Positions 28,974-38,096 of a stretch of DNA of 64,000 bases are shown piece by piece. Source of the DNA: Candidatus Nomurabacteria bacterium (GTDB taxonomy: Bacteria; Patescibacteriota; Minisyncoccia; Phycocordibacterales; JAACPR01). Location of the stretch: positions 8,701 to 72,700 of the forward strand of contig JACKFZ010000002.1 of NCBI GenBank assembly GCA_020632215.1, given 5' to 3'. A model generated the notes under the pieces. The model saw only the letters and a list, made by a program, of their open reading frames with translations, did no database searches and was not told the DNA's origin. The position numbers and the translations under genes were made by a program. The first letter of the stretch is position 1. Every line of letters starts with the position of its first letter.

Positions 28974-29300
28974 TTAAGCGTTTGCTTTGGCAGCTTTAGC
29001 TGCTGCGATTTCAGCTTGTTTCTTAGCTTGGTCTAATTCCTTCTGCATCTTACCTCCGTGTCGGTAGAATTTCTTTGTAGGAGAAAATTCACCGAGGCGG
29101 TGTCCTACCATTTCCTCGGTTACAAAGACATCTATGAAATCCTTCCCATTGTGGACCTTGAAAGTAAATCCGACCATCTCTGGAGAGATTTGACTATTTC
29201 TTGCCCATGTCTTAAGAGGCCCTGCTTCTGCTGGCTTTTTACCCTCGATTTTCTTCAAGAGTTTTTCATCTACATATGGACCTTTTTTAAGCGACCTAGT
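28974..29300 (-). CDS. rpsS: 30S ribosomal protein S19 (A/K-rich C-terminal tail)
   Basis: [20 protein letters not shown]...[34 protein letters not shown]. The start is at [10 protein letters not shown]. Confidence 0.9.
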   Translation of the reverse strand, partial: TRSLKKGPYVDEKLLKKIEGKKPAEAGPLKTWARNSQISPEMVGFTFKVHNGKDFIDVFVTEEMVGHRLGEFSPTKKFYRHGGKMQKELDQAKKQAEIAAAKAAKANA

Positions 29301-29376
29301 CATAAAAAATATACAAAGCTCCAATGGAGCTTGGTGGCTGTATATACTAACAGATATCGTTTTAAAGTCAACAAAT

Positions 29377-29495
29377 TAGTTAGTAGTAAATAGTAAATAG
29401 TTAGTAGACTTATTAGATTGATTCTTAGCCGTATATTTTACTCTTTCTTTCTCAATGAACCACTCCTATTTACTACTTACTATTAACTATTACCT
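29377..29495. repeat. Family A heptamer inverted-repeat element between rpsS and the M16 peptidase gene
   Basis: ttagttagtagtaaatagtaaatagttagtag ... ctatttactacttactattaactat. Confidence 0.8.
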
Positions 29496-29518
29496 AATAA
29501 TATGTATAATTTGGCCAT

Positions 29519-30784
29519 ATGAATTACAAAAAAACTGTCTTAGACAATGGTCTACGGATTATCACTGTTCCAATGAAAGATTCTCAGACCAGTATAGCCA
29601 TGGTTCTGGTAGAAGCTGGCTCTCACTATGAAGATGAAAAAATTAATGGTCTTTCTCATTTCCTAGAGCATATGTGTTTTAAAGGTACTAAAAACCGCAC
29701 AGGTCATGAGATAAACAGTTATTTAGACTCTATAGGAGCAGAAGCCAATGCTTTTACTGGCTTTGAATATACTGGTTACTATGCCAAAGCTCATTTTAAA
29801 AAGATAAATAAAATATTAGATGTAGTTTCAGATATTTATCTAAACTCTACTTTTCCAGAAAAAGGTATTGAGCCAGAACGAGGAGTCATTATCGAGGAGA
29901 TAAATATGTATGAAGATTTGCCTCAAAGTCAGGTGTGGTATGAGTGGGTTAAACTTCTCTACCCTAACCAACCAGCAGGTAGAAGTATCTTAGGACCAAA
30001 AGAAAATATTAGAAGTTTTAAGCAAAAAGATTTCATAGACTATTACAAAAAACATTACATCGCAGAAAAAACTGTGGTCATTGTTGCTGGTAACATTGAT
30101 CAAAAAGAAGTCTTAAGAGATGTTAAAGAAAAATTTAAAAATATTCCTACTGGCAAAATAGTCAAAAAAGATAAAGTTAAAGAATACCAAAAAGCTCCTC
30201 AGATAAATGTTAGATACAAGAAAACTGATCAGACACACTTAGTTCTTGGTTTTCGAGCTTTTGATTTGAAGAATAAAAAGAATATGGCTCTGAAAGTTGC
30301 TTCTGTTGTTCTAGGAAAGGGCTTCAGCTCTCGCCTATTCAAGAGAATGAGGGATGAACTAGGAATGTGCTACTATACTCGCGCTTCTGCCGAAGCCTTA
30401 ACAGATCATGGATATTTCACTGTCTCTGCTGGTGTAACAAATAGCAGAGTAGAGGAAGCTATAGAAGTGATTGTAGATGAATTTAAGAGATTAAGAGATG
30501 AACTAATATCTGATGAAGAGATAAAGAAAGCTAAAGACTTTGCCATTGGTCACACTGCTATTGGTCTTGAAACTTCTGATGCTATAGCTGACTTCTATGG
30601 TTTCCAAGAACTTCAACACGAAGAGATCAAGAATCCTAAGGATAAGATAAGAAAGTTAAAAGAAGTGACATCCAAAGATGTTCAGAAAGTTATACAAGAG
30701 ATTGTAAAGAATGATAGATTGAATCTAGCACTGATTGGTCCATTTAAAGAAAATAAGAAGTTTAAAAAGATTTTGAAGGTATAA
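29519..30784 (+). CDS. M16-family (pitrilysin/insulinase-like) zinc peptidase
   Basis: The inverted zincin motif HFLEHM (HxxEH) near the N-terminus. About 420 aa with M16 N- and C-domains. Plus strand inside a minus-strand operon. Confidence 0.7.
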   Translation: MNYKKTVLDNGLRIITVPMKDSQTSIAMVLVEAGSHYEDEKINGLSHFLEHMCFKGTKNRTGHEINSYLDSIGAEANAFTGFEYTGYYAKAHFKKINKILDVVSDIYLNSTFPEKGIEPERGVIIEEINMYEDLPQSQVWYEWVKLLYPNQPAGRSILGPKENIRSFKQKDFIDYYKKHYIAEKTVVIVAGNIDQKEVLRDVKEKFKNIPTGKIVKKDKVKEYQKAPQINVRYKKTDQTHLVLGFRAFDLKNKKNMALKVASVVLGKGFSSRLFKRMRDELGMCYYTRASAEALTDHGYFTVSAGVTNSRVEEAIEVIVDEFKRLRDELISDEEIKKAKDFAIGHTAIGLETSDAIADFYGFQELQHEEIKNPKDKIRKLKEVTSKDVQKVIQEIVKNDRLNLALIGPFKENKKFKKILKV

Positions 30785-30792
30785 GTTAAAAA

Positions 30793-31263
30793 CTATTTTA
30801 GAGAAATTTGTTGTATGTCAACTTCTATCGCTTCTGGATCAATAATAAAACGATCTACACCTTCTTTGTCTGGTACAAGATGTAAATGAAGATGGACAGG
30901 TTTGTAATAAGTTGACCCATTTTCCACAGAATCAAATCTAGTTCGAATCATCAAAACAAATTGATCTACATTACTACCACTATCTTGTTTTATTCCCAAA
31001 GATAAGAAGTGCTTTATTATCCTTTTATAAAATATTTGCAAATCTTCAAGCTCCTCAATTTTTAAATCTGTAAAGTCAGATATATGTCTCTTGGGAATCA
31101 ACATGGTATGAAACTTCCAATATGGAGATAGATTTGCAATCCATACCCAATAATCTGATTCGCCTAATACTATTTGTTTACCTAAATCACAAAGAGGACA
31201 ATACCCGTCTGAAAAACTTTTTACAAGTTCTTCATATTCTTTTCTTGAAAGTAATTTATTCAT
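30793..31263 (-). CDS. HIT-family (histidine triad) protein
   Basis: VHLHLHLVP is the HxHxHxx histidine-triad motif. A CxxC pair lies near the N-terminus. Confidence 0.65.
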   Translation of the reverse strand: MNKLLSRKEYEELVKSFSDGYCPLCDLGKQIVLGESDYWVWIANLSPYWKFHTMLIPKRHISDFTDLKIEELEDLQIFYKRIIKHFLSLGIKQDSGSNVDQFVLMIRTRFDSVENGSTYYKPVHLHLHLVPDKEGVDRFIIDPEAIEVDIQQISLK

Positions 31264-31420
31264 AATTATTTAGTATACCTAAAGTTGCTCGGGATCCCCA
31301 GAACCAGAACAAAGTTCGGTTCTGGGCTTCGCCAGATTCACACTCCTCTAGGAAGACGTGGTAATAAAGTTTTAATATTTAAAATTTGTTTCGGATTTCG
31401 TGCTTCGAATTTCGGATTTC

Positions 31421-31450
31421 AAAAAAGCCGAGCATTGCTCGGCTTTTTTT
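31421..31450. terminator. Bidirectional intrinsic terminator downstream of rplB
   Basis: aaaaaagccgagcattgctcggcttttttt is a perfect GC-rich stem with A/T runs on both sides. Confidence 0.75.
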
Positions 31451-32297
31451 AGTTTCTTTTCTTTTTCTTTCGTCTTTCGACAATCATTGTATTTGAATAT
31501 TTCTTTGGTTTTCGAGTCTTGACTCCATAAGCAAGCTTGCCTTGTCTTGTCTTTGGACCTCGTCTTAGACCAATACCTTGTCGTCCTTCTCCACCTCCAT
31601 GAGGGTGATCAACTGGGTTCATAGCACTACCACGAACTGTTGGTCTTCGTCCCATATGTCTAGATCGTCCAGCTTTTCCAATATTTCGAAGTTTATGTTC
31701 ACTGTTTGAAACTTCTCCGATAGATGCCCAAGCAGTATTTAAAACTTTTCTAATTTCTGATGAAGGCATTTTTAATTGAGTAATCTTTGCATCTGGGTCT
31801 TGTGCAACCACTTCCGCGTAGTTACCAGCTGATCTTACAAGTACAGCTCCAGCTCCTGGTTTTAGTTCAACATTGTATACAAATGTTCCAACTGGAATAT
31901 TTAGCAATACTGTTCTGTTACCAGACTTTATCTTAGCCTTCTCACTAACAACAAAATCATCTCCCACCTTTAGATTTGATGGAGCAACCACATATCGTCT
32001 TTCACCATCTGCATAAAGAGCAAGAGCAATGAAAGCAGATCTGTTTGGATCATATTCGATACTCTCAACCTTTGCAGGAATATCCTTCTTGTTATATTTA
32101 AAATCAACTTCTCGATAGAGTCTCTTGTGCCCTCCTCCTTTGTGTCTTGTAGTAATTCTACCTTTATTGTTTCGTCCTACTGCTCTCTTTCTTCCCTTTG
32201 TAAGAGATTTGTTTGGTTTGCTAGCAGTTAACGAGTCTTTATATGACACAACTGTCATACCTCGAACTCCTGCTGATGTTGGTTTATATTTTTTCAT
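31449..32297 (-). CDS. rplB: 50S ribosomal protein L2 (basic C-terminal extension)
   Basis: ...GGGHKRLYREVDFK... and the RGSAMNPVDHPHGGGEG core. Confidence 0.9.
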   Translation of the reverse strand: MKKYKPTSAGVRGMTVVSYKDSLTASKPNKSLTKGRKRAVGRNNKGRITTRHKGGGHKRLYREVDFKYNKKDIPAKVESIEYDPNRSAFIALALYADGERRYVVAPSNLKVGDDFVVSEKAKIKSGNRTVLLNIPVGTFVYNVELKPGAGAVLVRSAGNYAEVVAQDPDAKITQLKMPSSEIRKVLNTAWASIGEVSNSEHKLRNIGKAGRSRHMGRRPTVRGSAMNPVDHPHGGGEGRQGIGLRRGPKTRQGKLAYGVKTRKPKKYSNTMIVERRKKKKRN

Positions 32298-32396
32298 ATT
32301 TTTGAGTTAGCACCACGTCAGACGCAGTATACAACCTCGGTTAATATTTATAATGTGGGAAAGATACTACCTTAAATGCAGGGAAATGGCAAACTT

Positions 32397-32780
32397 CTAT
32401 ACAAACTCTATCTTATCCCCTTTCTTCAAGTAAATATATGCTTTCTTTCCTCCTGACTTAAATCCTCGGCTAGTACCAGTTCGCTTTCGTCTAACAACTT
32501 TCTTTGAGGGAATCTTTGTAATATTAACCTTTCTAGGAGTAACTTTATAGATTGATTGAATCGCCTTCTTTACATCCTCCATTTGTGCACGTGGATCTAT
32601 TTGAAAAACATAAGCATTAAGAGTTTCAGGAATAATTGTAGCTTTTTCAGTAATTCTAGGCTTCTTCAAAACCCAAGAAAAATCTCCTGTCACTTCCTTT
32701 ACATCAGCAGAAGTTTTTTTAACTTCTTTTTTCGCTTTAGTAACTTTTGATTCTTTTGTATCTTTTTTGAATAATGCCAT
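32397..32780 (-). CDS. rplW: 50S ribosomal protein L23
   Basis: ...VLKKPRITEKATIIPETLNAYVFQIDPRA... The start is at MALFKK to avoid an overlap with rplD. Confidence 0.85.
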   Translation of the reverse strand: MALFKKDTKESKVTKAKKEVKKTSADVKEVTGDFSWVLKKPRITEKATIIPETLNAYVFQIDPRAQMEDVKKAIQSIYKVTPRKVNITKIPSKKVVRRKRTGTSRGFKSGGKKAYIYLKKGDKIEFV

Positions 32781-32781
32781 G

Positions 32782-33444
32782 TTATTTAATTCTACTCTTA
32801 AGAATTTCAAAACTCTTTTCAGGGTTTTCGATGATAATAAATTTGTAGTTTAGAATATCTACGGGGTTTAGATTTCTAACCTCATCAAGTTTGATATTTG
32901 AGAAGTTAGCAAAACTTTTTTTGGTTTTTAGATCATTTTCATCAACTGCCACAAAAGCTGCATTCTTTCTTTTAGTAGCTAATGTCTCCAGACCTTTATT
33001 TTTTGAAATAGCTTTGATAATTTCTTTAGCTTCGGCAGTCTTTGGAACTTCAAACTCTAGGGAATCAATCAAGATTAGTTCACCATCTTTAGCTTTTTGA
33101 GAAAGGATAGTATTAACAGCTTTGACTTTCATCTTTCTATTAACCTTTCGGTCGAAATTCCTTTCATTGGTAGGTCCATGAGCCACTCCACCACCAACCC
33201 AAATAGGAGATCTCTTTGATCCATGTCGTGCACGACCAGTTCCTTTTTGTCTCCAAGGTTTTTTGCCTGTACCAGATACTTCACTTCTATCTTTTACTTT
33301 TGCAATAGCATTTCTCTTATTGCTTTCCATAGAAGTAACAACTTGGTGAATAAAATCATCATCCCAAGCAATACCAAAGATTTCTGATGGTAACTCGATT
33401 TGTTTTACTTCTTTTCCTGTTTTGTCATAAACTGCTGTTTTCAT
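32782..33444 (-). CDS. rplD: 50S ribosomal protein L4
   Basis: KPWRQKGTGRARHGSKRSPIWVGGGVAHGP. Confidence 0.9.
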   Translation of the reverse strand: MKTAVYDKTGKEVKQIELPSEIFGIAWDDDFIHQVVTSMESNKRNAIAKVKDRSEVSGTGKKPWRQKGTGRARHGSKRSPIWVGGGVAHGPTNERNFDRKVNRKMKVKAVNTILSQKAKDGELILIDSLEFEVPKTAEAKEIIKAISKNKGLETLATKRKNAAFVAVDENDLKTKKSFANFSNIKLDEVRNLNPVDILNYKFIIIENPEKSFEILKSRIK

Positions 33445-33469
33445 AACTTGTACTAAATTTATTTCAGTA

Positions 33470-34081
33470 TTATCCTCTTATTTCTACCAATGTTCCTTTT
33501 CTCCCTGGAATAGCACCTCTTAGATAGATGATATTCTCACTAGAATCAATTTTGATAATCTTAACTTTCTTATGAGTAACCTTGTCACCTCCTGTTCGTC
33601 CGGCCATTCTGATACCTTTTCTAACCCTCTGAACTCCACCAGCTCCAATAGAACCAGGCGATCTTTCAGTATGTTTTTGACCATGACTTCTAGGGCCTCC
33701 GTGGAAACCATGCCTTTTGACTACACCTTGAAATCCTTTTGATTTTGAAATAGAAGAAGTGCTAACTAGTTCTCCTTCTGCAAAAGCATCGAGTTTTATC
33801 ACATCTCCCACTTTTAACTCCAAAGAATCTTCAGAAACAGAGTTTTCTACCAGATGAGCAAAGTTTCCCAATCCTTTAGTATGACCCCTTTGAGGTCTAG
33901 AGATATTCTTCTCTTTCTTCTCTCCAAATCCAACTTGAACAGCATCATATCCATCATTTTCCAATGTTTTGATCTGAGTAACTGTCACTGGACCTACCTT
34001 AACAACGGTAACAGGTTGAACACAATCATTTTCATCAAATATCTGTGTCATGTATTCTTTTGTGCCAAGAATGAATTTCAT
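33470..34081 (-). CDS. rplC: 50S ribosomal protein L3
   Basis: MKFILGTKEYMTQIFDENDCVQPVTVVKVGPVTVTQIKT... Confidence 0.9.
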   Translation of the reverse strand: MKFILGTKEYMTQIFDENDCVQPVTVVKVGPVTVTQIKTLENDGYDAVQVGFGEKKEKNISRPQRGHTKGLGNFAHLVENSVSEDSLELKVGDVIKLDAFAEGELVSTSSISKSKGFQGVVKRHGFHGGPRSHGQKHTERSPGSIGAGGVQRVRKGIRMAGRTGGDKVTHKKVKIIKIDSSENIIYLRGAIPGRKGTLVEIRG

Positions 34082-34162
34082 TTTTGTTTAGTATGTAGAA
34101 TGTAGTATTTAGAGTTTGTTTTCCTCTTCTATCTGTCTGCCGGCAGGCATACAACATTCTGG

Positions 34163-34582
34163 TTAAACCATCTTCACATCTATGTTGACACCGGACGGAA
34201 GACTTAGGTTTGTTAGTGCCTCGATGACTTTAGCATCAGGATTAATAATGTCAATTAACCTTTTATGTATTCGCATTTCAAACTGCTCTCGTGCATCTTC
34301 ATAGATGAAAGTTGAACGGTTAACTGTATACTTCTTTATTTCTGTAGGAAGCGGGATAGGACCACTAATCTTTGCATCAAATCTCAAAGCTGTGTCAATA
34401 ATTTGTTTCACTGATGAATCCAGGATCTTGTGCTCATAAGCTCTGATCCTTATTCTCAACTTAGAAACAATTTCTGAGTCAGTTTTTGGTTTTGATTTTG
34501 CGGCAGTTTTCGAAACAGCTTTAGTAGTCTTTGTTGCCAACTCCTTTTTTGTATTACTTTTTGTTGCTTTTGTTTCAGCCAT
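34163..34582 (-). CDS. rpsJ: 30S ribosomal protein S10 with about 40-aa K/T-rich N-terminal extension
   Basis: ...KLRIRIRAYEHKILDSSVKQIIDTALRFDAKISGPIPLPTEIKKYTVNRS... Confidence 0.9.
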   Translation of the reverse strand: MAETKATKSNTKKELATKTTKAVSKTAAKSKPKTDSEIVSKLRIRIRAYEHKILDSSVKQIIDTALRFDAKISGPIPLPTEIKKYTVNRSTFIYEDAREQFEMRIHKRLIDIINPDAKVIEALTNLSLPSGVNIDVKMV

Positions 34583-34587
34583 ATTTT

Positions 34588-34668
34588 TTAGTATATAGAA
34601 TGTAGTATTTAGTATGTAGTATGATTTTACTCTTCTACATTCTAAATTCTACATACTACATTCTTTCC
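34588..34668. repeat. Inverted-repeat element of TAGTATG/TAGAATG/TAGTATT heptamers (family B) between rpsJ and tuf
   Basis: tagtatatagaatgtagtatttagtatgtagtatg ... ctacattctaaattctacatactacattc. Confidence 0.8.
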
Positions 34669-34671
34669 TGG

Positions 34672-35871
34672 TTAAGCTACGATTTTTGTAACAACTCCAG
34701 CACCAACAGTTTTACCTCCTTCTCGAATAGCAAATCTTTGCTTTTCTTCTAGAGCAACAGGAGCTGTAAGCTTTACTTTGAAAGTAACAGTATCCCCAGG
34801 CATAACCATTTCTGTTCCTTCTGTTAAAGTAACTTCTCCAGTAACATCAGTTGTTCTGATATAGAACTGAGGCTTGTAACCTGAGAAGAATGGTGTATGT
34901 CTTCCTCCTTCTTCTTTCTTTAGAATATATACTTCTGATTCAAATTCTGTATGTGGTGTAACAGAACCTGGAGCAGACAGAACTTGTCCTCGGTGAATGT
35001 CTTCTTTCTTAACACCCCGAAGAAGGATACCAGCGTTATCTCCTGCCATACCTTCATCAAGTTGCTTATTGAACATTTCAATACCTGTAACTGTGTACTT
35101 TGTTGTATCTTTGATACCAACAATTTCAACATCTGTACCAACTTTGATTGTTCCTCTTTCAATTCTTCCTGTTACAACAGTTCCTCTACCTTCAATTGAG
35201 AAGATATCTTCAACTGGCATAAGGAAAGGTTTGTCAGTTTCTCTTTCTGGCAATGGGAAGTAGCTATCCATATTGTCGATAAGTTCTAGAACTTTCTTAA
35301 CCCATTCATCATCAGCAGATGAAGCTTCCAGAGCTTTTAGAGCTGAACCTTTGATAATCGGAGCGTTAGCACCATCAAATCCATTAGCAGTTAAAAGTTC
35401 TCTGATTTCTTCTTCAACTAGATCAACCATTTCTGCATCATCTACCATATCAACTTTGTTGATGAAAACCATAATCTTTGGAACACCGACTTGTCGTGCC
35501 AACAGAACGTGCTCTCTTGTTTGAGGCATCATACCATCTGTAGCAGCAACTACGAGAACAGCACCATCCATCTGAGCAGCACCAGTAATCATGTTCTTGA
35601 TGTAGTCAGCGTGACCAGGAGCATCAATGTGAGCGTAGTGTCTATTAGGTGTAAAGTATTCATTGTGAGAAAGAGCAATAGTAATACCTCTTGCCTTTTC
35701 TTCTGGAGCGTTGTCGATTTGGTCGACAGCCTTCTCATTTGCACCATATTCTCCACCTTTTAGGTTTAGAGAGTGCAAAATAGCCGCAGTAAGAGTAGTC
35801 TTACCGTGGTCAACGTGTCCAATTGTACCAACGTTTACGTGTGGTTTTGAACGATCAAATGCTTCTGCCAT
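34672..35871 (-). CDS. tuf: Elongation factor Tu
   Basis: [14 protein letters not shown]..., the [26 protein letters not shown] region, and a length of 399 aa. Confidence 0.95.
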   Translation of the reverse strand: MAEAFDRSKPHVNVGTIGHVDHGKTTLTAAILHSLNLKGGEYGANEKAVDQIDNAPEEKARGITIALSHNEYFTPNRHYAHIDAPGHADYIKNMITGAAQMDGAVLVVAATDGMMPQTREHVLLARQVGVPKIMVFINKVDMVDDAEMVDLVEEEIRELLTANGFDGANAPIIKGSALKALEASSADDEWVKKVLELIDNMDSYFPLPERETDKPFLMPVEDIFSIEGRGTVVTGRIERGTIKVGTDVEIVGIKDTTKYTVTGIEMFNKQLDEGMAGDNAGILLRGVKKEDIHRGQVLSAPGSVTPHTEFESEVYILKKEEGGRHTPFFSGYKPQFYIRTTDVTGEVTLTEGTEMVMPGDTVTFKVKLTAPVALEEKQRFAIREGGKTVGAGVVTKIVA

Positions 35872-35911
35872 AATTTTTTAATTAAAAGTTAATAATTAAT
35901 AATTTAAAGTT

Positions 35912-36040
35912 AAAATCCGAAATTCGAATCTCGAAATACGAAACAAATTTTAATTTCTAAATCCTAAATTAAAAACATTTATTTAGAATTTAAGGTTTAG
36001 ATATTGTTTCGGATTTCGGATTTCGTGCTTCGAATTTCAA
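35912..36040. promoter_or_regulatory. Inverted pair of the recurrent motif TTTCGGATTTCGTGCTTCGAATTTC (family D) upstream of tuf
   Basis: aaaatccgaaattcgaatctcgaaatacgaaacaaa at 35912..35950, and gtttcggatttcggatttcgtgcttcgaatttc at 36005..36040. The same motif occurs at 19661..19700, 31385..31420, 60158..60185 (reverse) and 60216..60250. Confidence 0.6.
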
Positions 36041-36158
36041 GTCTGCATACAGACTTGCTAATTGTCTGAGAACACCGCACGAGAATTTGGCATTCTCAAA
36101 CAACTCGCTATTACCCTTTTTAATACAAAAAAAGACGCCTAAATCAGCATTCTGATTT
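36038..36158. promoter_or_regulatory. Three distinct short palindromes in the tuf upstream region
   Basis: CAAGTCTG-CATA-CAGACTTG at 36038..36057, GAGAAT-TTGGC-ATTCTC at 36081..36097, and AAATCAG-CAT-TCTGATTT at 36141..36158. On the minus strand the last one is followed by a T-run, so it may terminate the upstream rplL-side transcript. Confidence 0.45.
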
Positions 36159-36284
36159 TTGCCTCAAAAGTTTCGTAAATAGCGTGAGAGTTATGTTATC
36201 AGATAAAAAAGAGATGTCAATAAGCCCCTTATAACAACTGCTAATAAAGTTACATAAAAGAAAAAATAAAAAAATATGAAATTC

Positions 36285-36641
36285 TTACTTCCCTAAAAAA
36301 CTAGCAATAAAGTCAGCTACCATTTTTTGAATTTCCAATATCTTTTTCTCTAATTCATCAATAGAAACTTGTTGAGACGAGCTAGTAGCATTCACCAATG
36401 TGCCTGTTCTTTGCTCATCCTTTAATTGTTTTTTGGTCTTTAAAAACACATTCTTACTACTTCTACCTGAATTTTTTAAAGCTTTATTTACTTGTTTTTG
36501 TAATTGATTAACCAAATCTTGTAATTGATCTTCTGTGTATTCACTTGTATCTAGATCAAACGAAGATGCCTTGGCTTCTCCTATAAATAAACTAGTTGAT
36601 ATAAAAATGATTAGTAGTATTACTAAAATTCTTTTTGTCAT
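36285..36641 (-). CDS. Small secreted hypothetical protein
   Basis: 118 aa with a signal peptide, followed by a charged coiled-coil-like region. Confidence 0.4.
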   Translation of the reverse strand: MTKRILVILLIIFISTSLFIGEAKASSFDLDTSEYTEDQLQDLVNQLQKQVNKALKNSGRSSKNVFLKTKKQLKDEQRTGTLVNATSSSQQVSIDELEKKILEIQKMVADFIASFLGK

Positions 36642-36719
36642 GAGCCATATTATATTGAAAAAAAAACAAAACGAACAGAGGTTATCCGTTCGTTTTGTTA
36701 ATAATTTTAGAAAACTAGC

Positions 36720-37205
36720 TTATTTCAACTCTACAGTAGCACCAGCTTCTTCTAACTTCTTCTTCATTTCTTCTGCTTCTTCTTTCTTCACTCCTGCCTT
36801 TACATCTCCAGGAGCACCATCAACGATATCTTTAGCTTCCTTTAGTCCAAGACCAAGCACTTCCTTGATAACCTTGATGACAGCAATCTTTTGAGCCCCA
36901 GCATCCTTTAGATGAACTGTAAACTCACTTTGTTCATCACCAGCACCCGCATCACCACCTGCTGCAGGAGCGGCGGCAACAGCTACAGCTGAAACACCAA
37001 ATTTCTTTTCTAACAATTTCACAAGTTCGTTTAATTCAAGAACACTCATTGATTCTATTTGTTCAACAAGAGTCTTGAACTTTGCTGGAACTTCTACGTT
37101 TTCCCCGTTATCGTCAGATTTTACAGGATCAGCACCTTCGTCAGCTTTAACTTCTTCAGCAGGAGCTTCTGTATTTTCAGCAATTTTATTTTCTTCGTCT
37201 GTCAT
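36720..37205 (-). CDS. rplL: 50S ribosomal protein L7/L12 with about 40-aa acidic N-terminal extension
   Basis: ...[31 protein letters not shown]... then the C-terminal domain [27 protein letters not shown]...[10 protein letters not shown]. Confidence 0.9.
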   Translation of the reverse strand: MTDEENKIAENTEAPAEEVKADEGADPVKSDDNGENVEVPAKFKTLVEQIESMSVLELNELVKLLEKKFGVSAVAVAAAPAAGGDAGAGDEQSEFTVHLKDAGAQKIAVIKVIKEVLGLGLKEAKDIVDGAPGDVKAGVKKEEAEEMKKKLEEAGATVELK

Positions 37206-37209
37206 AATA

Positions 37210-37298
37210 TTAGTTAGTAGTTAGTAGTAAATAGTAAGTAGTTTTAGTAAATAAAAAATTAGATTCTATTTACTATTTAGTATTTACTATTTACTGAT
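37210..37298. repeat. Family A heptamer inverted-repeat element between rplL and rplJ
   Basis: ttagttagtagttagtagtaaatagtaagtag ... ctatttactatttagtatttactatttact. Confidence 0.8.
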
Positions 37299-37300
37299 TA

Positions 37301-37789
37301 TTAAGCTTCTTTTGTATCTGCATAGGCTTTTACAACCATAGCAAAACCTTGAATTGGTGAGTTGATAACATTCACAAACATACCGAGCAATGTTTCTCTA
37401 GAAGGAATCTGAGCAATTTCTTCAATCCCATTCTTATCTAGAAACTTTCCTTCAAAAACTCCTCCCAACATCTGGATGTTGTCTGAAAATTGTTTCTGGA
37501 ATTTGAAAATCTCTCTCGCTGGAGCTATTAAGTCATCAGCATAAACCAAGGCCAACTCTCCATCCAAACTCGGAAGCTCTCCTTCAATAGAAGAGTCTTC
37601 AAAAGCTTTTCGGATTAGAGTTTTTCTTGCAACAAAATATGATACATCTGCTTTTCGAAGTTCATTCCTCATCGCAGCTGTCTCAGATACAGGCAAACCA
37701 TGAAAATTCACAAAGACTATGGAATCTTTTTTGGTTACATCCCTTAACTTGTCCAAGATTTCTTTTTTCTTATCTTTTGTAACTGCCAT
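37301..37789 (-). CDS. rplJ: 50S ribosomal protein L10
   Basis: MAVTKDKKKEILDKLRDVTKKDSIVFVNFHGLPVSETAAMRNELRK... Confidence 0.9.
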   Translation of the reverse strand: MAVTKDKKKEILDKLRDVTKKDSIVFVNFHGLPVSETAAMRNELRKADVSYFVARKTLIRKAFEDSSIEGELPSLDGELALVYADDLIAPAREIFKFQKQFSDNIQMLGGVFEGKFLDKNGIEEIAQIPSRETLLGMFVNVINSPIQGFAMVVKAYADTKEA

Positions 37790-37794
37790 TTGAT

Positions 37795-37885
37795 TTGATT
37801 AGTAAATAGTAAGTAGTAAATAGTAAGTAGCTTTAGTAAATAAAATTAGATTCTATTTACTATGTTAGTATTTACTATTTACTAG
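37795..37885. repeat. Family A heptamer inverted-repeat element upstream of rplJ
   Basis: tgattagtaaatagtaagtagtaaatagtaagtag ... ctatttactatgttagtatttactatttactag. Confidence 0.8.
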
Positions 37886-37963
37886 TTTTCCGACCAGATA
37901 AGGCCGGAAATGAGAAAGCGTACCTATATTACGCAAAACCTCGAGAGGTCTTAAATAGTATGT

Positions 37964-38030
37964 AGAATGTAGTATTTAGTATGTAGAGTTGGTTATCCTT
38001 TCTCTGCATTCTAAATCTACCTACCACATC
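37964..38030. repeat. Family B heptamer inverted-repeat element upstream of rplJ
   Basis: tagtatgtagaatgtagtatttagtatgtagag ... gcattctaaatctacctaccacatc. Confidence 0.7.
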
Positions 38031-38096
38031 CTCATCGCCTCTTGTCTTTGGCCTTATGGATGTATAGATTACCGTTTTTTACAAAAAAGTCAACAT

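Noticed and set aside
34920-35763. Multiple 80-90-aa ORFs on both strands inside tuf, and similar ones inside fusA, secY and rplB
   Set aside because: They are embedded in or antisense to highly conserved genes with unambiguous products. They are frame artefacts.
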